Source: Candidatus Aminicenantales bacterium | GTDB taxonomy: Bacteria > Acidobacteriota > Aminicenantia > Aminicenantales > Saccharicenantaceae | Reading direction: 5' to 3' | NCBI GenBank assembly: GCA_049512315.1 | Contig: JBEKXF010000010.1 | Coordinates: 1 to 64,000 of the forward strand | DNA length: 64,000 nt | Shown: piece by piece, positions 9,125 through 18,023 of the stretch | How positions within the stretch are numbered: the stretch's first letter is position 1 | How the letters are laid out: the number at the start of each line of letters is the position of its first letter | The notes under the pieces: generated by a model | The model's database searches: none | Seen by the model: only the letters and a program-made list of their open reading frames with translations | Told to the model about the DNA's origin: nothing | Translations under genes and position numbers: made by a program

Positions 9125-10036
9125 ATGAAGCGCACAAAGAGATTCTTCCTGGCCCTCGCTGCCGCCGCGGCCCTCGCCCTGGCGTCGGCCCAACCCGCCT
9201 TTCCTCTCGAAAGGCCCGCCCCAGGCCAGGTCCTGGAAGGTCTCCACGTGACAAGTCCCATCCTGGGCCGGGACGTCAGCTACGCGGTCTACCTGCCTCC
9301 GGATTACGCGACGTCCACGCGCCGCTACCCCGTCGTCTATCTGCTCCACGGCTACACGGACAACGAGTCGGGCTGGATCCAGTTCGGCGAAATCAACCAG
9401 GCTGCGGACCGGGCCATCGCCGACCGCGAGATCCCGCCGATGATCATCGTCATGCCCGACGGCGGCGTCACCTGGTATGTCAACGATTATCAGAACAGGG
9501 TCCGATTCGAGGACATGTTTGTCCAGGAATTCATCCCCCATATCGACGCCTCCTTCCGGACCCGCCCGGAGCGGGAGTTCCGGGGTGTCGCCGGCCTGTC
9601 GATGGGCGGCTGGGGGACGCTCGTCTATGCCCTATCTCACCCGGAGCTGTTCTCGGCCTGCGCCGCCTTCAGCGCCGCCGTCTGGCCGGACGAGGAGATC
9701 CTGGCGATGAAACAGGACGCGTGGGATAAGGTCGTCGGCCCGGTCCTCGGACCCGGCCTCGCCGGCAAGGCCCGGCTGACGCCTCATTTCCGCAAGTACA
9801 GCCCGCTGGCGCTGGCCGGTGCTCTGCCCGAGGAATCCTTGAAGAAAGTGCGCTATTACATCGACTGCGGCGACAAGGATTTTCTCATTAGGGGCAACTG
9901 TGCTCTTCACATCCTTCTCCTCGACCGCAAGATCCCCCACGAGTTCAGGGTGCGCGACGGCGCCCACACCTGGACCTATTGGCGCACGGGGATTATCGAC
10001 GGTCTGAAGTTCATCGGGGAGAGCTTCCGCAGATAG
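9125..10036 (+). CDS. Secreted alpha/beta-hydrolase esterase (CE1/FrmB-like)
   Basis: Signal peptide; YPVVYLLHG, GLSMGG nucleophile, DCGDKD, GAHTW. Confidence 0.9.
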   Translation: MKRTKRFFLALAAAAALALASAQPAFPLERPAPGQVLEGLHVTSPILGRDVSYAVYLPPDYATSTRRYPVVYLLHGYTDNESGWIQFGEINQAADRAIADREIPPMIIVMPDGGVTWYVNDYQNRVRFEDMFVQEFIPHIDASFRTRPEREFRGVAGLSMGGWGTLVYALSHPELFSACAAFSAAVWPDEEILAMKQDAWDKVVGPVLGPGLAGKARLTPHFRKYSPLALAGALPEESLKKVRYYIDCGDKDFLIRGNCALHILLLDRKIPHEFRVRDGAHTWTYWRTGIIDGLKFIGESFRR

Positions 10037-10144
10037 GACCCTGGAGGGATCGTCGGAGTGCTCAAACGACCCTCCGCCTGATCAACTGGCCTGGAGTGCG
10101 CGTGTCTCAAGAGGCCTAGATCCCGGTTGTGTCAGAAGAATTTC

Positions 10145-10202
10145 TTGACAGCCAACCCTGAATCTACTACATTTTGTGTGGATATTTATGGAGACACACA
10201 AA
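10145..10202 (+). promoter_or_regulatory. sigma70 promoter plus downstream 8-bp inverted repeat operator
   Basis: TTGACA(10145-10150)-17 nt-TACATT(10168-10173); TTTGTGTG(10173-10180)-N14-CACACAAA(10195-10202). Confidence 0.6.
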
Positions 10203-10356
10203 TCTTGGTGGGGTAGTCTGGAATTCTTTCCTGACCGAGGGCCATTTCGTACCCGGAAGCCCCTAATTTCGATCACCGGGGAGAATTCAAGGGATCGGGC
10301 CCACGCCCGACTAAAAAGCTCACGCGACAGATTCTGCCCCGGACAATAAGAGGTCG

Positions 10357-13300
10357 ATGGCACAGCCGGAAACAGGAGCCCAGACGATGGTCGGGAAGCC
10401 CATCGTCCTCATCGTCGATGACGACTTGTCCTACATCGAAAAGCTCCAGCGGGCCCTCCGGGACCAATACGCCGTGCATACCACGACGAGCGGCGTCGAG
10501 GCCATCAAGATCATCAAGGCCCTGCCCGAGGTCCATGTCCTCATCGTCAACGAGGACCTCCCCCGGATGAAGGGGACCGAGCTCCTCCGCTTCCTCCACG
10601 AGATGTTCGACAAATCCGATTCCATCATCAAGATCCTGCTGACGGATTCCGGGTCGAATGGGACGGTCGCCGACCTCGCGAGCTATGGCCGCATCGACTA
10701 TACCTGCGCCAAACCCGCCGACCCGGCCGAGATCCGGCGCAAGGTCGGATTTCTCATCGCCCAGAGGTCCCACGAAAAGCGGACGTCGATGCGGGTGAAC
10801 CTCAACGGCCCTTCGGACATCCGGATCGAGACCGGCGGGCCCGGCGAGGCCAAGGTCATTAATCTCAGCGAAAGCGGAATGTTCCTCCAGACCATGTCCT
10901 TTTTCCCTGAAGGCGCCTCAATTCCGCTGACGATCACCCTTCCCGACGGCCGGCAATACCCCATGAGCGGTCGGATCGTCCGGCAGGATATCGACCAGGG
11001 CGGTGTCGGCGTCGAGTTCCAGACGATCAATGATCAAGGCCGGCGCTCGATCCTCCAGTTCCTGTCCGATTATGTCACGGTCCAGGACCTCGCCGAGCTC
11101 AAGCTCCGCTATCCCTTCCTCAAGACCGACGACATGGTCCTGTTCTCCGACACCTTCAAGATCGAGTCCCTCCTTCGCGAAGCCCTGAGGGGGGGAGTGG
11201 AGATTGCCGTCATCCATTCCGAATCGAGGAATCCCGAGATCCTCGAGTTCTCCGACCTCAAGCCGCCCGCCGTGTGCACTCTCAAGGGGGAAGACCTGAA
11301 CGTCAAGTTCAAGACGTCCAACCTCATCTTTGTTTCCTTCCAGATCGGCTACGCCACCTACAACTTCGAGACCATGGTCTCCCGGATCACGCCTGACGGC
11401 GGGAAGCTCGTCTGCCTTTATCCGAGGGTCATGTTTTACTCGGAGAAGCGGACCGAAAAAAGGATCAGTCCGAACGGGAACCTCCGGGTCGAGATCCCCC
11501 TGCCGCCTCCCTTCAACAGCAGCATCACGGGCCGGATCACCGACATCAGTCCCGGCGGAGTCAGCTTCATCGCCGACTCCCACGCCCAGGTCCTGCTGAA
11601 AGGCACGCCCCTCGAGACCCTGTCCATCATGAACGGCGACCGGCTTCTCTGGAAGGAAAACGGAGAGGTGCGCTACGTGGCCAGGGCCGGAGAGGGGACC
11701 CTGTACGGGATGAAATACGGCATCCAGTTCGGGATCGGCCGGGTGAACATCCAGTCTGTCCAGGCGCCCGAGCTTGATTACGAGCATTCTGATGAAGGTC
11801 CTCCGGGTCCGTCCATGATCTTCCCAAGCACGAGCTTGGGCGGTGAACTCAGTAAGCTCGTCCACATGCCGCCGCAAGTCCTCCGCATCGAGAGCCGGCG
11901 CGGCGAGGAGATCGTCGGCCTTCTGAATTCTTCCCTTCCCCTGGACGAGAAGCCCGTCCCCGTCGTCGTCGTTCCCCCCGCCTTTGGAAAAACCAAGGAA
12001 GTCCTCTTCGGCCTGGCCCTGACTCTCGTCCAGAACTTCCGCGCCCTTGGAAAACCGCTGGCGGTCATCCGCTATGACGGCATCCGCAGAAAGGGCGAGA
12101 GCCATAAGGACCCCGAGGCTTCCGAGCCTCCCTACGAAATGCTGAAGGCCAGCACCAGCCAGGGAGCTGAAGATATTAGAACCGTTCTGGACTGGCTTCA
12201 ACTCAACTCCAAGATCAAGGCGAGCTCGGTCATCCTTGTCACGTTTTCCCTTTCGGCCCTGGAAGCTCGGGTCGTCCTGAGAGATGACGTCTATCGCCGG
12301 CAGATCAATTATTGGATATCCTGCATGGGCTCCCTGGAATTCAGGGACATGATGAACCGGATCAACTGCGGGTTGGATGTCCTCGAACAGTATCAACTCG
12401 GCATCAAACTGGGCATCTATCCCATCCTGGGCAATCTGATCAGCCACGAGTTCTATGCCGCCGATGTCATCGCCAATGCCGTGGGGACCCTGGAGCAGGC
12501 CCGGGAGGACATGCGCCACCTCGATCTCCCGATCACCTGGATCTACGGGCAATACGACCAATGGATCAAATCGGAATTCATCCGCGACGTGATGAGCGTT
12601 CAGGCCAACGCCCTTCGCGAAGTGATTGCCGTCCCTATCGGGCACAACGCCCGGACGTCCCAGGAAGCCCTCCGGTTGTTCGGCACGATCACGTCACTCA
12701 TCCATCGCTCCCTGCACAAGACGATGATCCAGCCGATCCTTCCCTCGAAGAAGGACATGGAAGTCATGCGGCGCTCTGAGAAGGACAGGCTCCCGCCCCG
12801 GAACCTCAAGAACAAGAAAGCCTATTGGCACCATTACCTTGTCGGTGAGAATAACCTCCTCGGCTTCGACATCATGGCCATGTCCGACGATTATCAGCAG
12901 CTGATGGAGGACCAGCTTCAGGCCCTCGAGCTTGAGTCCACCGACCGTCTCCTCGACCTCGGGGGAGGGACCGGAAACTTCGTCGAGCACCTCATCGAGA
13001 GCGGCCGCGACCTGCCCGCCCAGATCACCATCGCCGACCTGATCCCGGACGCTATTAAGCAGGCCCGGGAAAAACTCCTCTCCCGCTACGACATCCTCAG
13101 CGAGCCGGGACGCCTCGACTTCCTGGGCCTGGACCTCGAGATGAGCCGGTTCCTGCCTGTCGGCCGCTTCCTCGAAGGGGAAGTCGGGAGCTTCGAGGAG
13201 ATGGCCGACAAAATCGAGAACTTGACGCTCGACAGCGCCATCAAGATCCAGGCGGCCTATTCCCCCCGGCTCCACAGGATTCTCCGGGGCGAGCCCATCA

Positions 13301-13902
13301 CTCCGTCGGCCGACGACTGGCTGAAGAGGCAGTTCGACCTTCATGAATACCGGACCATCGTCGACTTCAACCAGGCCGCCCGTTATGTCCGCCGGCTGAC
13401 CAATAAGAAGCCCCCGTTCCGCAGGCTGGTCCTGCCCGGATTTCTCGAGGGGAATCTCCATCTCCCTTTCAAGGCGGGCTGGTACAACAAGGTCCTCATG
13501 AGCCTTGTCCTCTCCTACATCTTCGACCCGGCCGAGACCCTCCGCGAGGTCCGACGGATCATCAGGCCGGGGGGCCGGCTCGTTCTGTCGAGCATGCGTC
13601 CGGACACCGACGCCTCGGGGCCCTACACGCGGCTCCTGGAGAAAATCGAAACGATGCCCGAGGAAGCTCTGCCGCCGGACTGGCCCAAGGCCCGGCTTCT
13701 CGATTCTATGCGTTCTTTCCTCAACGACGCTCAGGCCCTTTCAGACTTCGAAGAAGCGGGGACTTTCGATTTCTTCGACCCGGACAAGCTCGACGGCCTG
13801 CTCGAAGAAGCCGGCTGGAAAAGAATCCGGATGATCCCGAGTTTCGGAGATCCCCCCCAAGGTTATATCGTCCTGGCAAAGGCGAGGGAAACCAATGACT
13901 AG
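10357..13902 (+). CDS. Multidomain protein: atypical receiver - PilZ - YcgR-like/PilZ - LuxD-like acyl-thioesterase - SAM methyltransferase
   Basis: IVDDD..IVNEDLP..AKP; RTSMR/NLSESG and RTEKR/DISPGG PilZ motifs; RYDG..GES, TFSLSA, YDQWIK, IGHN; LLDLGGGTGN. Confidence 0.75.
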   Translation: MAQPETGAQTMVGKPIVLIVDDDLSYIEKLQRALRDQYAVHTTTSGVEAIKIIKALPEVHVLIVNEDLPRMKGTELLRFLHEMFDKSDSIIKILLTDSGSNGTVADLASYGRIDYTCAKPADPAEIRRKVGFLIAQRSHEKRTSMRVNLNGPSDIRIETGGPGEAKVINLSESGMFLQTMSFFPEGASIPLTITLPDGRQYPMSGRIVRQDIDQGGVGVEFQTINDQGRRSILQFLSDYVTVQDLAELKLRYPFLKTDDMVLFSDTFKIESLLREALRGGVEIAVIHSESRNPEILEFSDLKPPAVCTLKGEDLNVKFKTSNLIFVSFQIGYATYNFETMVSRITPDGGKLVCLYPRVMFYSEKRTEKRISPNGNLRVEIPLPPPFNSSITGRITDISPGGVSFIADSHAQVLLKGTPLETLSIMNGDRLLWKENGEVRYVARAGEGTLYGMKYGIQFGIGRVNIQSVQAPELDYEHSDEGPPGPSMIFPSTSLGGELSKLVHMPPQVLRIESRRGEEIVGLLNSSLPLDEKPVPVVVVPPAFGKTKEVLFGLALTLVQNFRALGKPLAVIRYDGIRRKGESHKDPEASEPPYEMLKASTSQGAEDIRTVLDWLQLNSKIKASSVILVTFSLSALEARVVLRDDVYRRQINYWISCMGSLEFRDMMNRINCGLDVLEQYQLGIKLGIYPILGNLISHEFYAADVIANAVGTLEQAREDMRHLDLPITWIYGQYDQWIKSEFIRDVMSVQANALREVIAVPIGHNARTSQEALRLFGTITSLIHRSLHKTMIQPILPSKKDMEVMRRSEKDRLPPRNLKNKKAYWHHYLVGENNLLGFDIMAMSDDYQQLMEDQLQALELESTDRLLDLGGGTGNFVEHLIESGRDLPAQITIADLIPDAIKQAREKLLSRYDILSEPGRLDFLGLDLEMSRFLPVGRFLEGEVGSFEEMADKIENLTLDSAIKIQAAYSPRLHRILRGEPITPSADDWLKRQFDLHEYRTIVDFNQAARYVRRLTNKKPPFRRLVLPGFLEGNLHLPFKAGWYNKVLMSLVLSYIFDPAETLREVRRIIRPGGRLVLSSMRPDTDASGPYTRLLEKIETMPEEALPPDWPKARLLDSMRSFLNDAQALSDFEEAGTFDFFDPDKLDGLLEEAGWKRIRMIPSFGDPPQGYIVLAKARETND

Positions 13903-16411
13903 CAAGGATTTCGACTTCGAAGAACGGCTTTATCTGGAAAATAACCTGAGGGGCCGTGTTCGGCTCATCATCATTTCGAGCGCGATTCTTTACCTTTCTT
14001 TCGTAATCCTGGACACGGTCTACGCCTCTCCATTTTTTTCAAGGTTTCTCGTCATCCGCCTGACTGTCCTGGCCGCTCACGCCATTCTCTTTGCCTGGCT
14101 CAGCCGCGCCAAGACAAACCGTAGCTGCGCGAACATCGCCATCGCCTTGGCCCTTTTTGATGTCGGCGGAATCGCCATCATGATCTGGTCGCAGAACAGC
14201 TATGTCCAGGGCCTGTACATCATCGTCATCGGTTTGGTCGTGTCCGTCCCGCTGACATTCCGTGATACTGTCTTCCTCTATGTCATGATCTGGTTGAGCT
14301 ACGTCCTTCCCAGTTTCTTCAATTTAACCAGGGTCGGCTGGCTAAATGTTATTTACAATCTCTTTTTCCTGACGTCCCTTATCCTGATCGGCACCCTGGG
14401 GTCCTACGTCATGGACCGGCTGCGGCGCCGCGAGCTCCGGAGCCGCGCCCAGCTCGAGGAGATGACGGGCAAGCTCCAGGAGTCGAACGCGAAGCTCAAG
14501 ACCCTGGACGAGCTCAAGACGCAGTTCTTCGCCAACGTCAATCACGAGCTCCGGACGCCCCTGACCCTGATGCTCGCGCCGCTCCAGATGATCCTGGATA
14601 ACAAGATGGGCAAAATTTCTCCGGTCTTGAAGGATACGCTCGAGACCATGCAGCGCAACGGCTACAAGCTCCTCAAGCTGATCAATAACCTGCTCGACCT
14701 GACCAAGCTCGAGGAAGGGAAGATGAGGCTCAAGATCAAGGCGGTGAACTTCATCGAATTCACGAGCGCCCTCCTCTCGTCCGTCAAGCCCCTGGCCGAC
14801 CAGAAGCAGATCAAGCTTTTTTTCCAGCACCCTCCGCAAGCCATCGACCTGACCATCGACCCCGACCAGTTCGAGAAGGTCACCCTCAACCTCCTCTCCA
14901 ACGCCCTCAAGTTTACGCCGAAGGGCGGGAGGATTACCATCTACATTGAGGACAAGGAAAAAACGGTCGTCATGGCGGTCGTGGATACGGGGATCGGCAT
15001 CCCGGCCAACATGCTCGAAACCATCTTCGACCGTTTCTCACAGGTCGACGGGTCCATGTCCCGGCCCCAGGAAGGGACGGGGATCGGGCTGTCCCTGGCC
15101 CGGGAGATCGTCGCCCTCCATCAGGGGACCATCCGGGCCGAGAGCGAGCTCGGGCAGGGCTCCCGGTTCATCGTGGAAATTCTCAAGGGCGAGGACCACT
15201 ATCCGGCGGACGTCCTCGACCGGCGACAGGATGAACAGCCCGTCGGCCTCAAAAGGAGAGTGACAGACGTCCAGGAGCCGCGGGTCCAGGACATCGTCAC
15301 CGACTTCCACCGGCTCCAGCTCGTCGACCTCGAGCGGGTGGAAATCGAGGCCGCCGGCAGCGGCACGAAAACCCACGACGCCCTGATCCTCGTCATCGAC
15401 GACAACCCCGAGGTCCTCAAGCTGATGAAAATGCTCCTGAGCGACGAATTCGACCTGGAGATGACGACCTCGGCCGAGAAGGGGCTGGCCCTGCTCAAAG
15501 AAAAGAGCCCCGATCTCATCCTTTGCGACGTCATGATGCCCGGAATGGACGGCCATGCGTTCTCCCGGGCCGTCAAGGCCGACGAGGCCCTGAAACACGT
15601 CCCGATCATCCTTGTGACGGCACGGACGGGGGCCGAGATGCTCGCCCAGGGCATCCAGGCCGGCGCCGACGATTACATCTCGAAGCCCTTCGATTCCGTC
15701 GAGCTCAAGGCCCGGATCCGCTCCCTCCTCAGGTTCCGTGAGGTCGAATCGGAATTGGCTCTGGCCAACCGGAACCTCAGGATGAGGACCTCGGACCTCG
15801 TCGACCAGCAGCGCTCCCTGTTTCTGTCGACGGTCAAGTCCCTGGTTTCCGCCATCGACGCCAAGGACGAATACACCCGGCATCATTCCACCCGCGTCAC
15901 CGAGTTCACCCTGAAGATCGCTTCAAAGATGAACTTCAGCGAGAAGGAAACCAGCGATCTCGAGCTGGCCGCTCTTCTCCATGATGTCGGCAAGATCGCC
16001 GTCCCGGAAAACATCCTCAACAAGCCGGGAAAGCTGACCGATGCGGAGTTCGCCCTGATCAAGGAGCACCCGGCCCGGGGGGAGAGCATTCTCAGGCCGG
16101 TCATCGAGCTCAAGAATATCGCCCATGTCGTCCGCGCCCACCATGAGCATTACGACGGCACCGGGTACCCCGACAGACTGAAAGGCCGGGAGATCCCCCT
16201 CGGGGCCCGGATCATGGCCGTCGCCGACGCCTACGACTCCATCACCTCGGAAAGGCCCTACCGGAAGGCCGCCTCCCACCACTACGCGGTGAAGGAGATC
16301 ATCCGTTGTTCCGGGGCGCAGTTCGACCCCGAGGTCGTGGAGCATTTTCTCGAGGTCAGCGGCAGCCTCGTCCAGGAGCAGGGCCAGGGGTCCACGCCGA
16401 CGGAAGCCTAA
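13895..16411 (+). CDS. Membrane hybrid histidine kinase with receiver and HD-GYP c-di-GMP phosphodiesterase domains
   Basis: About 6 N-terminal TM segments; NHELRTPL, NLLSNALKF, DTGIGI, GTGIGL; ILCDVMMP; HDVGK..HHEHYDGTGYP; 8-bp overlap with upstream gene. Confidence 0.92.
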   Translation: MTSKDFDFEERLYLENNLRGRVRLIIISSAILYLSFVILDTVYASPFFSRFLVIRLTVLAAHAILFAWLSRAKTNRSCANIAIALALFDVGGIAIMIWSQNSYVQGLYIIVIGLVVSVPLTFRDTVFLYVMIWLSYVLPSFFNLTRVGWLNVIYNLFFLTSLILIGTLGSYVMDRLRRRELRSRAQLEEMTGKLQESNAKLKTLDELKTQFFANVNHELRTPLTLMLAPLQMILDNKMGKISPVLKDTLETMQRNGYKLLKLINNLLDLTKLEEGKMRLKIKAVNFIEFTSALLSSVKPLADQKQIKLFFQHPPQAIDLTIDPDQFEKVTLNLLSNALKFTPKGGRITIYIEDKEKTVVMAVVDTGIGIPANMLETIFDRFSQVDGSMSRPQEGTGIGLSLAREIVALHQGTIRAESELGQGSRFIVEILKGEDHYPADVLDRRQDEQPVGLKRRVTDVQEPRVQDIVTDFHRLQLVDLERVEIEAAGSGTKTHDALILVIDDNPEVLKLMKMLLSDEFDLEMTTSAEKGLALLKEKSPDLILCDVMMPGMDGHAFSRAVKADEALKHVPIILVTARTGAEMLAQGIQAGADDYISKPFDSVELKARIRSLLRFREVESELALANRNLRMRTSDLVDQQRSLFLSTVKSLVSAIDAKDEYTRHHSTRVTEFTLKIASKMNFSEKETSDLELAALLHDVGKIAVPENILNKPGKLTDAEFALIKEHPARGESILRPVIELKNIAHVVRAHHEHYDGTGYPDRLKGREIPLGARIMAVADAYDSITSERPYRKAASHHYAVKEIIRCSGAQFDPEVVEHFLEVSGSLVQEQGQGSTPTEA

Positions 16412-16420
16412 GCGCGAAGG

Positions 16421-17779
16421 TCAGCCGATCTTTTTCGCTTCCTGCTTGAAGTCCTGTTGCCAGAGGATAAAGCCCGTTACGTTGCCTTTCTGGTCGCTCA
16501 GGAACTGGATCCGGACATAAGGGTCGACGGAGAAAAAGAAGGTCTGGCTTTCGACGAAAAACCTGGTCGGTGCCTGCCCTGTCGGCCGGATGACCAGATA
16601 ATAATCCTCGTAGCTGACGTCCAGAATATAATCCGGAGAGATCTCGTAGTGGCCGACGTACTGCCGGTAGATCGAAGGGTCGAGCCGGTAGAGGGGCCTC
16701 TCCCGGGGCCTGAAATCCGGCCACTCGTAGGCTGTTGAAACACTCCGGAGAATCTCCTCGGTGATCAGAAAGCCGTTGTCGCTGTTCGTCATGACCACGG
16801 CGCCCTGCCCCTTGTAGGGATAAACGTCGAGCGAACAGGTGAATCCTCGGGTCCGGCCCTGGAGATGGAAACGGATGTCCGTCCCGGCCCCCTCGATCTC
16901 GAATCCGAGCCCCCTGTTCCCAGCCTGGGGCGTGAGCATGGCCCGGGCCTGGCCGGCGGTCAGGACCTTCCCTCCCTTGCCCATCGCCGTCCGCAGGATG
17001 TCAGCCGCGAAAGAGAGAAGGTCGGACGGGCTCGTCCAGAGGCCGCTCGCGGCTGCGGCTGGAGAGTCGGTCCATTTCCCCTCGATTGGTCGGCCATCGC
17101 GGCCGTGGCCGGAGGCCGCGTTGATCTTCATGGCCTCGGGCAACGGCGCCGTGAATGTGCTGTTCTTCATTCCGAGCGGGCCGAGAACAGTTTCGTTCAT
17201 GAGCGAAGGGAAAGAGGAAGACGTCACGCTTTCAAGAAGCTTCGGGAGCAGGTCAAAACCCGAGGCACGGGTCAGGATCCCGCGCAGCGTGGTCCCATTC
17301 TTCCCGGCGAGATCCGTCCGGGTCAGGTCTGAGCCGTGAAGCCGCGCGCTGACGTCCGCGTCCAAGTCGAGCCGGCCCTTGTCCACCAGCTGAAGAGCTG
17401 CCGCGGCCGCGACCGGCTGGCTGAGCTCGCCGGCCTGGAAGATCGTATCCGCCGTCACGGGCTCCCGGGAGTGCGAGTCGCGGACACCGTAACCCCCAGC
17501 CCATTCGAGGGCGTTCCTGTCCATGACGGCGATGCCGAGCCCGGGGACCTTATAGAATTGCATCCGGGCGTCCAGGGAGAGCTTTTCAGGCCTCTGGCCC
17601 TTGAGGTAGATCGCCCGGAGCAGGCCGTTCTCGACCTTCCGGATCCTGCTCTTGGTCAGGGACTCCTGACGGGTCTCGCAGCCCACGGCCAGAAAAACCA
17701 GGGCCGATATTCCAAGAATGGCACAGCCATGGATACTTAAGGAGAGGCCATGCAGTCGGGAGGGAAGCCGCGTCGTCAT
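16421..17779 (-). CDS. Beta-lactamase-family serine hydrolase-like lipoprotein with degenerate active site and DUF3471-like tail
   Basis: LAVGC lipobox, VPGLGIAV, AASGLWTSPSDL; SxxK position reads ELSQ. Confidence 0.75.
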   Translation of the reverse strand: MTTRLPSRLHGLSLSIHGCAILGISALVFLAVGCETRQESLTKSRIRKVENGLLRAIYLKGQRPEKLSLDARMQFYKVPGLGIAVMDRNALEWAGGYGVRDSHSREPVTADTIFQAGELSQPVAAAAALQLVDKGRLDLDADVSARLHGSDLTRTDLAGKNGTTLRGILTRASGFDLLPKLLESVTSSSFPSLMNETVLGPLGMKNSTFTAPLPEAMKINAASGHGRDGRPIEGKWTDSPAAAASGLWTSPSDLLSFAADILRTAMGKGGKVLTAGQARAMLTPQAGNRGLGFEIEGAGTDIRFHLQGRTRGFTCSLDVYPYKGQGAVVMTNSDNGFLITEEILRSVSTAYEWPDFRPRERPLYRLDPSIYRQYVGHYEISPDYILDVSYEDYYLVIRPTGQAPTRFFVESQTFFFSVDPYVRIQFLSDQKGNVTGFILWQQDFKQEAKKIG

Positions 17780-18023
17780 AAAGTCATTTTAGTCCGGTCC
17801 GGCCGGTTTCTCCAGATAAATTTGGGAGGGCCTAAGAACTCTCGTGCGGGTGGCGAGGTGCGGAACGAAGGGCTGAGGGGAATGGCCGGAGCGATAGAAG
17901 CAAAATGCGCAGGGGGCGTTCCCGGAGGAGGGCGTTTGGAGGGCCGAGGCAGGACCCGTCGACCTCTTTATCTCTTGACGGCGGCCGGGCTTTGCTATAG
18001 AAATTTCTTTTCCGGAGGACAAC

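Noticed and set aside
10200..10356. c-di-GMP riboswitch in the leader of the PilZ operon
   Set aside because: I could not find the GEMM-type conserved elements by eye; an Infernal scan is needed
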